Positions 10,968 through 23,200 of a stretch of DNA of 64,000 bases are shown here, one piece after another. Within the stretch, counting starts at the first letter, position 1; every line of letters starts with the position of its first letter. The DNA is taken from assembly GCA_973895155.1 (NCBI GenBank), contig OZ316893.1:9801660-9865659 (forward strand), given 5' to 3'. This stretch comes from Marsupella aquatica (taxonomy: Eukaryota > Plantae > Marchantiophyta). The notes under the pieces were generated by a model. It saw only the letters and a list, made by a program, of their open reading frames with translations, searched no databases and was not told the DNA's origin. Made by a program: the position numbers and the translations under genes.

Positions 10968-13099
10968 GTAAGTCCTTTTTCCACTCGCGTATTCGTGAAT
11001 ACAAAGACTAAATCTTTTGCCCGATCATTGGTCAACCTGTTACGAATTTTTGAATGTATAAATCCATACGAACTCCAATTCCGTTCGCATGATGATGCGC
11101 ACATTTGTTGGTGAGTGATTTTCCTAGCTATGATCCTTAGATCCTTGTAATCAGCTCCATATGCATGCCACCACTCTCCCGGACTGAAATTTTCAATATT
11201 TGCTTGGGCTCCTCTTATGCCAACAGATGTGTTTGGCAATTTCTTTTGAGCCTCAAATGCCTGCTTTTGGATGTCAGAAATAAGTTTAGTGACATCACGA
11301 TCATGGTTGATCCCTGGCTTCACACTGTGTTCTGCGTATCTCGCAACATAATCATTGAAGCCTCTACATAGCTCAGCATCTCCGCCCACATCTTCGTCTT
11401 CATCAAAGAAATAATGAGGATTCAAATATGCTGCAGCTAGCATGAAATCGTTAGTAAGCGATTTCCTTTGATCCATATACACTTTCCTTATCCTTGGTTT
11501 CAGGTACTCAGTTACTAAGGAACATTCTTCCATGCTCGCCTCCAGATCAACAATCCCCTTTTTCAAGCTCCAATACAACCAAGCTGACTGCGGCGAGTCC
11601 CCATCAAATTCACGTAGCATCTTCACCAATGGTGTGAAAAAAGTTATTGTAGAACTCACTTGAGCCCAAAATGCATCTTGTTGAATCCATTGCTTCAGTT
11701 CGTCTGCCTTTGCTCTCGTCATGTGCCCGTCCGACCTTGAGTGACCTGGAAGCCTATCACGATAAAGATGCCATTTGTCATCAATGACCATTTCTTGCAA
11801 GGGACCTCTTAGCTCCAATGCTCTTTGCGCCATTAAGAAATTGGTCGCAAATCTTGTTGCATTTGGATTCAACAATTTTCTGTAGGCAGATTTTCGAACA
11901 AAAATTGCGGAGAGTTTTTGGGATGATGAAACTGCTTTTACTATCCACCTCAAACGTTTGAAAATGAATTTGAATGGATTCCGTCCACTTTCATCTACCA
12001 CAATTTTCTTATGGCCACACATGTCTTCTAGTAACAAATTAAACACGTGGGCAGCGCACCAGCTCCAAGTAACATGCGGATATTTTTGCATCACTATATC
12101 TTCACCTCCAACTCGATTAGCGGGTGCACCGTCGGTTACAATTTGTATGATGTGATCCGCGCCAATTTTGTCTATATATTTCAGCCACATCTCTCCAAGG
12201 TATCTTCCATCTTTCTTATCAGCTTGTGCAGCATTCCAACTATCCAAGAAAATATCTCCTCTACAAGTCAACAACATGACATTCATCAAGGGTTCTCTTC
12301 GGATATTTTCCCATCCATCTGATGAAAGGGTATATCCAAAAGGTTTGGCCTCCTTCATGGTTTTTGTCATGTCTTTTGCAACATCAGCTTTGACCTCCTC
12401 CAACAATTTGAATCGGAGGTTTCGCATACTAGGAAGAGAATACCCATTAACAATTCCTTTAGAAGTCTCTGCAACTGCTTCTCGAAATAATGGATTCTCT
12501 GAGACATTGAACGGAATACCACTTGAGTAAAAAGCTTTTGCCCACAGCTTATCCAAATGTGATCTATTTGGAATTTGATAAGCATCTATAATAGGGTTTG
12601 AAATACTTGATGCCCTAGCCGCATTACTCATGTTTGGATTCTACTCCACGTCAACATGATTGGAGCCTCGAGTTGAAGCTTGCGAATTTGTCGTTTGGAT
12701 AAACGATCTCCGACCTCTGGCAGACAATAGTATATGACTTCCATCGCTTCGTTTGTACCTAATAGAAGAGTCCACTTTGATCACATTGTACATTCTATTG
12801 ATGTCATCCAATTCGATGACACCATAGAGTCCTAGGCAAGGTGGTGCATCCCCTTTGTATATATTTCCCATCAAATGTGCCCTTGCTCGTGTTGCATGGA
12901 ACGTAGTATATTTTTTGCAAAATCGGCATTTTCAATACATAAGATTGATGTCATGACAGCTTGACGGAGAGTCACATCGATCAAAATATTTCCATACCGG
13001 GGAAAATTTTGCACTACGTTCTCGCGCCGGATTTCGACCTTGTCTAACAGGAGTTGAATGGGCTGATAAGTCACCTGACTCATCTTCATCTGAAGACAT
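10968..13099 (-). pseudogene. hAT transposase, 5' part (BED zinc finger, DUF659/RNase H-like DDE core, hATC dimerization domain)
   Basis: One frame from ATG 13099: VWKYF...Y*KCRFCKK...RARAHL (BED, TGA at 12932-12934), TAG at 12641-12643, then SSDGW, VTDGA, WCAAH, TRFATNF, EWW, ASSCERNWS, RNRL. Confidence 0.92.
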
Positions 13100-13217
13100 G
13101 GTCGAAAACAATGAAGTACTAACTCACAAATAAGTGTGAAATGCCTTCACTCAACCAAAAAATAGTTTTATTTTTGTTTTGAAAGTAACGACTTGGAAAC
13201 AGGAAGATAAAACATTA

Positions 13218-13543
13218 GTGAAATATCCCATGCCGAGTCTAAACTCCAAGCATGAGCACAAATATTTACTTTTGTTTTAAGTCATTCACTTTCCTATCCG
13301 ACGTATGTGCTATCTATAATTTAACGGTAATTTGCTAATAGAGTGAAAAAAATTTCGGTGAATTACGATAACCATGCAAAATATCACACGTCGAGCCGAA
13401 GCTCCAAACATGCGTACATGAACACGTCTATCGTTATAATTGTATCACAAAACTCACAAATATCATTAAATTGATAAGGGAGATTTGAAAATTTCTGCAC
13501 GAAATGCCACACGCCGAGCCGAAGCTCCAAACATGCGCGTACA
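13218..13543. repeat. Three copies of a subterminal motif upstream of the transposase
   Basis: Core CACGCCGAGCCGAAGCTCCAAACATG, with variants at about 13229, 13388 and 13510. Confidence 0.85.
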
Positions 13544-13759
13544 AAAGTCATTCTTGCTCCCTCCTTTAGACCTATGAGCTTCCATTGGAATACAAGTTTC
13601 AAAGAATGAATAAATGAACATGTGATGACCCTTTTTATACAAGTGTTGAGTAATGGCCTATGGGGCATTCATCCTATGTTAGAGTAACCTCTATTTCACT
13701 AACCCTAACGATAGCCGGCCCTAAAACTTTCCCCGGCCCTTAAAGTTAACGGGAAAATC

Positions 13760-14430
13760 GCCCCGGACCGAACTCCCCGCCCCGGTCCCGGCCCGGTCTC
13801 TTCCCCCGGCCCGGCCCCACATCCCGCCCGGTCCCTTCCCCTTCCCGGCCCGGTCCCTTCCTCTCCCCGGCCCTTCCCCTCCCCGGCCCTGCCCCTCCCA
13901 TTCCCGGCCCCTACCATTCCCGGCCCTGCCTCTTCCATTCCCGGCCCTGTCCCTTCCCGGCCAGGCCCCGCATCCCGCCCGGTCCCTTCCCTTCCCCTTC
14001 CCGGCCCGGCCCCTTCCATTCCCGGCCCTGTCCCTTCCCGGCCCGGCCCCGCATCCCGTTCCCGGCCCGGTCCCTTCTCGTTCCCGGCCCGGTCCCTTCC
14101 CGGCCCGGCCCTGCCCGGCCCTGCCCCTTCCCGGCCCGGCCCCTCCCATTCCCGGCCCTCCCATTCCCGGCCCTGCCCATTCCGTTCCTGGCCCAGTCCC
14201 TTCCCAGCCCGGCCCTGCCCCTTCCCGGCCCTGCCCCTTCCCGGCCCGGCCCTGCTCCTTCCATTCCCGGCCCTCCCATTCCCGGCCCTGCCCATTCCAC
14301 TCCCGGCCCATTCCATTCCCTGCCCTTCCATTCCCGGCCCATTCCCGGCCCTGCCCTTCCATTCCCGGCCCTGCCCCTTCCCGGCCCGGTCCCGCATCCC
14401 GCCCGGCCCCGCACTCGGCCCGCCCTCACC
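13760..14430. repeat. GC-rich subterminal array (CCCGGCCC / CCATTCCCGGCCC units) at the right end of the hAT
   Basis: Dozens of CCCGGCC units in one orientation; plant hAT ends typically carry such transposase-binding arrays. Confidence 0.85.
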
Positions 14431-14575
14431 TAGTGTTTGTGAGGCCGGGCGGGATGCGGGGCCGGGCCGGGAAGGGACCGGGCCGAGCCGGGTGCCGGAC
14501 CGAGCCGGGAATGGAAGGGGCCGGGATTAGTCGGGGAGGGAATGGGCCGGGCCGGGCCGGGGCCGGACCGGGGCA
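14431..14575 (+). mobile_element. Second hAT-like terminus (TAGTGTTTGTGAGGCCGGGCGGG...) with GGCCGGG units in the opposite orientation
   Basis: Starts with TAGTGTT, typical of hAT TIRs, and uses the same repeat units as 13760-14430 but inverted. No partner end was found downstream. Confidence 0.6.
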
Positions 14576-16375
14576 TAAGAAGGAATATGCGACAAATAGG
14601 GTCATTTTCGGGCAACAAATGACAAGTTGTCGTTGTCGTGTCCGACAACACGACAAGTTGTCCGACAGCTCAAACCGGGGTTCAATGGGGCTTGCCTAGG
14701 GAGTGATGCCTCCCCAGTACTAAAATAAAGGCAGGTAGGGTCAATCATTAATCTCTTTTGGAATAAAATTGCCTGTTTGGTCAATCAATTATGTAAAGCA
14801 GGCATTTGGTCCAATTCTTTACTCCTCCCAATCACTGCGGTAAAGATTCCTCGGCCCCCAAAACAATAAAAAAACATGTTCCCAATCATGTTTTGTGGAT
14901 GTTGAATCAGCGGGAGCCAAAGATTCCCTATCGTAAGTTCTGGCAGAACCATCTGAACCGTCGTCCACTAACATTACGAACGGCGTCGATCCCAGATTCG
15001 TTTCAGATATTCTCATTATTTCGATACTCGTGATACTCAACAACCAATGACTGCATGGCAAGCAACCTTACTGATCCGTTTCGGCCCGGGCCAGCGGGCC
15101 CCACAGAGAAATTCGGGCCCAGATTCTGGAGCGCTCTCATCGTAGCCGTACATCGTCTGGAAACACGGTCAAACTAGAACATGGTTCTTTTTCGAGTATT
15201 GTATCGTTTTAGAGTAGTGTTTCTCCTCTTTTCGAGATTATTGTTTGTCGTCTCTCTTGACCTTTTTGCTTTACTCCATTATACTTTGTTGCATTTTTTA
15301 GCAAATTGGTACTTTTTCCTGTCTTGCAACTTGCTTTCTTTGTTTTCTAGGGGTATTTCTTTTGCTCGGAGTGTAAAAGCAACGATATTTCCAATTATTT
15401 TATTTATTTTCTCTCATATTAAATTTAGATCATGTAATGAGTGGAAACAGGGGCAACGGGCAGAACTACTGTAGGGCCATTCAAGCATAGTATCTGTCAA
15501 TCCTATCCTATATGGCCAGGAGTGGGACCACGTAATTGTTGACGTGGATTGCTTGTGTCTAGAATTTTAGAATATTCTAGTCGTGGTATATAAACTTTGG
15601 CTATTTCAATCAAAAATTTGCATTAATTAAATTTTATTCCAAAGTTCGTTGGTCTGGAGTTTTAGGACTACATTAGTGGTGCTCCAAGTTGCTTGGTGAG
15701 AATAGTCACCGCCTCCACTTCTTGTAAAGCCAACCTTCGTGTAAAGAATTCCTTGCGGGATTCCTTGGGCAGAAGATTAGTCAGTTAAGTCGATCTATTG
15801 ATTTATTTAATACCAAAGGTTGTGGTAGGAGAAGGTACTTAGAAATTGAATGATGTCATGTGGCTTAAAGCTCATTGAGATTGAACTCGTGAATGACTTA
15901 GTGGCCTTGAATCTTATACAGAGCACTTTTTATGCTGACAACACTCAATAGCTTGAGATGGATGCCAAAGTCCTGAATGATTACCCAAGAATAAAGTTAC
16001 AGTAGGTGTCCCCTTACACATTGTGGCTTCACACAATGTGTGACAAAGTACTTGACTAGAATAAATACACATTTGGATTTCCAACACAAAATAATATTTG
16101 CGTGACCAGATGACTGTAACCATCAAGGATTTATATGGTTTTCTTTTCCTTTCTTTATCAGTTGCTTTGTAGCGCCTGTAGTAAGTTCTTGAGTTGGAGC
16201 ACTTTTATTCGGTCCAGTTAGACTTGACTGTAAAATTGTAAGGTCACACAAGAATCCACGTTATCTTCTTTATGCTATGCCAGTCGATACATAAAAGCAA
16301 GGGTCTATATAATGTACCTTTTGTTTGCTCTTCCCCATATCCTTCTTGCCCTTTCTTTAATTGGCCATGTATCTA

Positions 16376-16723
16376 TCAAATGAGAAAATTGAGGACAATC
16401 GTTGAGCATGTACCAACAATCCATGTACTTGGTCTCCTTTCAAATGGGATATCTCTGGCTTTCATGAGTAGATATCGCATTGCAAACAACACTCTCAGAT
16501 CTTCTACATTGGAATACAACACAACAAATTTAGTGATATCATGTTTCAAGTCTCCCCATTTGCTCTCCAAAGATCTAGCTCCTCTCTCCTGGGTGTCTTT
16601 AGGTGTGTGCTGATTGTAGTTTGAAGCAACACTATCCCAAAAAGCTTGGTTCTTTTGCCCTGCACCAATATTAGGGTTTTGTCCAATGTTCACCCAGGAC
16701 ACACACAACTGCTTCAACTTCAC
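16376..16723 (-). pseudogene. Myb/SANT-like (NAM-associated-type) DNA-binding protein fragment of a PIF/Harbinger-like element
   Basis: QLCVSWVNIGQNPNIGAGQKNQAFWDSV...RSLESKWGDLKHDITKF matches the LCxxW...G..Q....FW...SL..RW..I...KF pattern. Element boundaries were not resolved. Confidence 0.65.
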
Positions 16724-18904
16724 TTATGAGAAATTTTGCTGTTGAGAAATTTTGCCGTGAGCACCATTTGCTGCCATTGTGTCATAATCACACAACAGAG
16801 AGCTTGAGAATGTGGCCAGGCAAGCAAGTATGCACACTGCACAATGCAAAAGCAAGGGAAAATCTGCGCTCAAGTTCTATGTGTGAAGAGGAGATCCTGC
16901 AACATTGAATATGAACAAGAACTGAGACCATCCCGTTGTGTTTGAGCCGACACATGAAATCTCCACAAATGGATATTGGCCATTGCTCAGAGATAGTATT
17001 GAGTATAGACGACATTCACAACGATAAGCCTATGAACCATCCAACAAACAAGTAGTTGACACAAAGAGATATGTGGTCCACCTCAGCTGAGGCTACATCC
17101 ACGGGAACACACAAGAGCTTTACTGCACTCTAGGCTCGTCGACCATACCAAGTCTTCGTAATACAAGTTCTCCCTATCTCTCAAGTGGCTCCGTAATAAT
17201 GAGTGTGAGTTCTTGCTATCCAAGCAAACACCATTTGTGATATAGTGGACAACTTAGTTAACCTAACCTAGTCTGCAACTAAGGTCGGCCCTAACTATGG
17301 TTACAATCATTACCCTAGATCAAGAGTAAATGTCTAATAGATGACGGGCAGGTCAAAGTCTAGTTCTCACCCATTTCTGGAGTGTAGGAGCGCCATGCAA
17401 GACTCTAAAAAGAAGCAAGCCCATGTGACCCATTTATTTATAGCGGAGTCTGATGGGAAAGGGTGTTGGCTCCAACATGCCACACCCATCCCAACTGGTC
17501 AGTTTATTAGGGTGTGTCAACTAATTTGAAATTAAATTACAATGCAGGACATACAGTGCTTTTACTACCAGGAGAAAATGGCTACAAGTTACCAAAATAC
17601 ATACCCCATAAGGATGATATATCCAAAATTTCACAAGAGTAAGAATGACTTTGCTTATCTGAGTACTTTTTGACAGGCCATATTTGGGAGAGCTCTAAGG
17701 CACAAGTAGGAGGGCTCTAAGGCATGGTCCATAGCCCCTGTCTATAATTGCACATCAAAATGTGATAATATAAGGTGTACATTCACTCATTTAAAAGAAA
17801 CTATTGAAGTTTATCATGATATAGGTTTATCACGGTGTGGAGTCATGTAGTAAACCATATAGGTCATATTTTGATGATTTCTTTTTGTCTTGTAGTGATC
17901 TAAAAGTAAATAAAATATGAGAGCATAACTAGAAGGATAAAATACATAAGTAAAGTGTCTGCCAAGGAAGCACTCTGACCAATAAGAGTACAGCCAAGTT
18001 TTATGACACAATGATGCTACTATTTGTGCACTTAATTCAATGTGCCTTATGTGTCTTATGAAGGATATTCATTTCAATAAAAATGATAAACTTAGAAACA
18101 AAAAACATGAGGGGAATTGGCAGTATGTGTTTATGTTATTCAGAATCATTTCTTTCACTCATGATAATACTTTGTTCAAGTGGTGGAGAGGTTGGTTTCA
18201 TGTCTAAAAGATCACAGACTTTAAAATTACAAGGGCACTGCCAAAATAAGTTACAAATATTCTAGAATAACCAGAATTAGGGTCTAAAAATTAATTAAAA
18301 ATGTAGACTATACAAAGGCTACCACTTGATAAGGCACATTGAAATAAAAATATATTCACAAAAAATATGAAAAATAGATTCACCATATAATAACTTCCTT
18401 ATGATGCAATTATGGGACTCCATTTGTGTGATTTGGATTATTTGTGTGATTGTGTGTGGATTTGGATTATTTGTGTGATTGGTGTTCCTTCGTGATGTGC
18501 AATTACCGGGACCTCCATAGCCAAATTATTTGTGTGAGTGGCGTTCCTTCGTTCCTGCCTGCTATGCGGGAACACAGACCAAAGGACATCGCAACTCTCG
18601 TATTAAATGCAACGCAAATAGAACAAAACCAGGGTACAGGAGACGGTGTACAGGAGTCGAACAGAGTTGGGCAAAGTGCTGTAGCACAATGGGCAGCGGC
18701 GACAGAGCAGAGGGGAGAAGGGAAACGATCGATCGATGGGATTCAATGTACGCAAGAATCGATTGCACTACGTGGACTGGACTACAGTCGTGTACCGTGC
18801 TGTTCGGAGCGAATGAATGCGAGGCACACTTGTGTTTCGCCTGCCTGCCTGCCTGCCTGCTTCCTTGTGAGCTTGTCTGCAACTCTGCATGACATTGTTC
18901 CTGT

Positions 18905-19193
18905 TCATAACTCGGAAGAGAAGAGAAGAGAAGAGAAAAGAAAAGAAAAGTTGTTCATAACTCGGAAGAGAAGAGAAGAGCAGAGAAAAGAAAAGATTGT
19001 TCTGTACGATCGGTTCATTCAGTGAATCGTCCGAGGCAAAGTGAAGGAGGAGTGGAGAGAAAACATAACTCGGAAGTGAAGAGAAGACAAGAGAAGAGAA
19101 AAGAAAAGAAAAGAAAAGAAAAGAAAAGAAAAGAAACGTTCGGTTCATTCAGTGAATCGTCCGAGGCAAAGTGAAGGAGGAGTGGAGAGAAAA
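18905..19193. repeat. Purine-rich (AAAAG)n tract with a perfect ~53-bp direct duplication
   Basis: CGGTTCATTCAGTGAATCGTCCGAGGCAAAGTGAAGGAGGAGTGGAGAGAAAA at about 19011 and 19141; CATAACTCGGAAG three times. Confidence 0.85.
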
Positions 19194-20277
19194 GCGCAGT
19201 GCAGACGGAAGGGGAGGGGGAGTTATCTGCGAATGAATTGTTGACGAAAGGCCTGGAAACCGAACTGCTCTACACGACAGGTGGCTTGGGCAGGGTGATC
19301 GGGCCGCACGAGACGGGAAGGCGACACGATGCGGGATGGAACGATCGATATCAGAAGACCGGAGGGAGAAGACGGAAGAGGGATCGCTCATCGCTGGTAA
19401 GGTAGGGGAAGGGGAAGGGGAAGGGAAAGGCAAGGCTCGCGTGTGACACTTACAAGGCCGACACGACACGAAAGGGCGCGCGAGGAATCGCCAGTGAGGA
19501 ACGTGAATGAGAAGGAGGGTGATGTTCGTATTTCGTATCATTGGTATATTGTATTGAATAGCAAGAGGAAGGGAAGGGAAGGGAAGGGAAGGGAAGATCG
19601 AGACGAGCAAGAATGAGAAGAGCACGAGGACGAACCAGGATCTGACAAGAAAAATTGCCGAGTTGCTAGTAGAGAAGCGGGCAGACAGAGATCCACCGGG
19701 ATCGGAGCAACGAAGAAAATTCTCCATCGTGCAAGCGATTCGAAACTCAGCGAGCGACATCGCTGACAGGGATGTAGAAGGAAGAAAGTAACACGCGTCA
19801 CCTCGATTTTTGAGAAGTGTTTAGGGTGAGAGTCGTGAAAACTTGCATCCATCTATACGTACTTTAGGAATTGTGCGTATGTTTTCCAGATGTGTTCTCA
19901 TTTGGATGTGGTTCACTAGGAAGCCTCAAACAGTTGATGTCCTGACGTTTTCGGTTTTCCCAGCACCATAGGTATCCAGTGCTTGTTGTCCATGGGGCAT
20001 TGTGCTTTCCATTCCTGAAGTTCTTTCTCTGTGCAGGGGCTGCCCAAGTTCAGTCCAACACGGCAAAATTGCCATAACTGCGGTGATCAATTAGGGTGTG
20101 AAATCCTGGAGAACATTCGTGCAATCCGTTTGAGGTTCTCAAATGGACATGAAATCATTGTCTCCTCCAATCGCGCAAGACACATGGTATGCCTCCGACT
20201 AGGGGGTCTCAGCTGATACTGAAGAGGTCAAGGTCTTAATTAGAAATACAGGTGGGCTCGTCTTGAAGCAGGCAGAT

Positions 20278-23200
20278 ATGGCGGAGGTTTTGGAGGCGAT
20301 GGGATTTCCCAGCGAGTGGTGTGAGAGGGCTCTGAAGAGCGCCTCCGGCTTAGAAACGGCAGTAGATCTACTGCTCCAATGGCAGGCGCATGGGATGCCG
20401 CAATACAATCTCCCTTCGTCAGTAAGACCCTCCTCTTCACCCCCTCGCTCCCCGTCATCAGCAGGAGGGACGAGTGTCTTGCAGTCTACTCAGACTCAGC
20501 AACAGCAAGCCCATGCCCGCGTTGCACCTAGTGGGATGCTGCCAACCCTGAGGCTCCAACCTCCTCCTCCTTCGCCTTTGCCTCCGCCTCCTTCTGAATC
20601 CAACGCCCCTGTCATCAACGAGGAAAGAGGGCAGTCTCCCTCGTCCACTATCTTGCCATCCACCTCGTCAGCCTGCCCTTCCTCTGTAGAGGGTCCGTCA
20701 GGGGTCAACCATCCTTATGATTCGGAATCCCCCTCGGCGTCATTGCCGACAGGGGATGCGGGTTTAAGACATATCCCTCCTACTGGTAGAATTTCTGGCC
20801 CATCAGCGGACAATAACAACAATAATCCGAATCCACCAGGTGGCTTTCGAATGGCAACCACAGGGAATTCCATCGTGGAGGGCGTTGTTTCTCATGGCAC
20901 AGGAAGAGGAGGAGGAGGAGGCGCAGGTTCGAGTAGTAGAACTCCGTATACTGCAGACAATAGCGATGCCGTAGTTCCAGACGCTTACGCTGAGGAACGG
21001 AAGGCTAGGTATGCTGCAGCACGGCGCGCCAAGCAGGTTGGTGCTTCTTATTTCCTCACCAACCTCATTACAAGCATGTATGCTCTGATGTGTCCGACAC
21101 TGTTGTAACTCTGTCAATTCTCGCTCAGTGGATTGATACAGTCTCCTGCCTTTCTTGTGAACATCTGTCTCACTGAATTTGACATAAGCATGGTTGTAGC
21201 AATTATCATCTGTTAAAACAAAAGACCTAGTGTTCACGCTTTTCTATGATTATAATGGATGTGACAAGTATCATCCGTACATAGAAGACCGTAGTGCTCA
21301 TACTTCTAGTCGACTGTAATGAATGGGAAATTCGGTACTGGCATACTTCTAGTCGACCTGTGATGAATGTGAAATTTGGTACTCGCAGTCTTAATTTTAT
21401 GTCGATTCTCGTTTGATGCGGCGAGCAGACCGATTATCTGATGTACTATGCTGAAATGGGTGTAGGAAAAGGAGGAGGAAAAGGCAAGGATCCGGCAGCA
21501 TATGCAGGAAGACATGGCGCTTCGTCGTTTCAGGAATAGCTATCAGTCTCCTCTTCCCGAGGGTGAAAGCAATAAGGCGTCTGCGCCGGCTGTTGTCGCA
21601 GGTTTTAGCTCGTCGCGTGCTGTGTCAAACGATACCGCCGTGGAGCTCCACATCCGGTGTCCGGGGAATCAAAACCTGAAGGCATCATTCACTGCAGGTG
21701 CTTGTGCTTCCTCGGCTTTCGAACTTTTTGAAGTGTCACTTTATGTCTTGTATTATTGTCTCGTCTTTGTGCGTGATGTGGGTAGAACGCCAGCTGAGTG
21801 AATCGTCGAAGTATTTGGATTTGTGCATGGGGAAGCGGTCTACACCCGAATGCATGGTATCCGGAGCTCGATAGGCAGTCTGTGAGTGTGCAGGACTAAC
21901 CATTACAAGGGATGGCCCGGGGCTGCAGACTAATAAACTTCAGTTTAGGGTAGTCGGCATGAATTATCCTTTCACGAGAACAGAGTGTAGTGATCTATAT
22001 CGATTCGTGTCTTGTCAGTAATGTTACACGGTTCCAGCACGTGTGGGAGTGATGGGTTTGATTTTACCATCATCATCTTATCCCGTTTTTCGTTCTTTGT
22101 TAAAATAGCACCTTTGAATGGGACCGAATTGGCCCAAACGAATTCTTCCGTAAGACATTGGTCACATGTCCATGCATGTCCCTTGTACAATTACATTGCT
22201 AACATCTGATGCTTCGGTGAAGTTGCCATGCGTTAAAGAAGTCCTACTGTCGTCTTATCAGTAGAGAAGTGGGTAATATAGTCGGATCAATTGTAAGAGC
22301 CATCTCTCGGTGTAAGTCTTTGGGGTTTGTGTTAGTCTGACAGATTCATGCAGGCTTGGGGTTTCCAGTACTTTCAATTGTGTTCGACTTAGATCGAGTG
22401 GAACCTGTATTTGTAGGTGCCAGTCTAAAAGACGTAAGAACTTATGTCGATCATGAGCTTCAGCAACCACTCAGGGTACTTGGGTCTCAAGATCATTATT
22501 CTGGCCGACGGCCAGGATCTGTTCCATTTTCTGGGCAGTCAGCCCGTCTCTCTTCGGACAGGTTTGTGTCCAAATTTGCTTATATATACTTGGACGCCAA
22601 AATATTTGTTTGCCTTGGAACCGTATGTGGATGAAGCATCACTAGTAAATGATCAGGACGCCAAAATATCGTAATTTGTTTTAAGCGCCCTCCAAGTTAT
22701 GGAGCCCGTTCTATAATTCATTAAAATATTGGTGGGTACAGGCAGGCTGAAAGAGAGTTGTTGCAAGCAGCGCGAGAAAATTTCGAGGTTCAAACAAGCC
22801 GGATATTGGCATCTGCGAAGAGTCTCCGTGACGTCTCTGGAATGCCTCCGAGTTCAAGCGGAGGCACTATTTACTTTTTAATTCCATTTCCTCGCCAAGA
22901 ATTCTTTACAGGTAGTCATCTTCTTTGAAACCAGGAATTTCTAGACTGACCATGAAGCTACGAGGACAATAACAAATTTTGGGGTCCATCTGCTAGAATC
23001 AGCATCCCACAAGCTAACTTCTCCATATATCATTGCAGAATTAGCAATGGAGACAACACTGGCTGAGGCACAATTGGTTCCGAGGGGCACGTTGGTTGTA
23101 CAGTATAGGCAGAGGGAAATAGAAGTAGCGAAGGATGTACAGGTCCATTCAGAAAACAACAGCAGCGACGTAGGTATGGCAAACGTGTCTGGTAGTAGCA

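Larger units (their letters stand above)
1..14433 (-). mobile_element. Large hAT-superfamily DNA transposon (left end beyond the window) carrying kinase and RING cargo, interrupted by a copia element
   Basis: hAT transposase at 13099->4424; GC-rich subterminal array at 13760-14430; a 46-bp motif at 7-52 is the reverse complement of 13218-13263 (39/46 ungapped), bracketing the cargo ORFs. The left TIR and the 8-bp TSD are not visible. Confidence 0.75.

Noticed and set aside
13705-14699. Several long Gly/Arg/Pro-rich ORFs (GPGREG repeats)
   Set aside because: Open in all frames only because the GC-rich subterminal array lacks stop codons.
18450-19852. ORFs of 100-200 aa upstream of the UBX gene
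   Set aside because: They run through microsatellites and purine-rich promoter/5' UTR sequence; no domain-like content.
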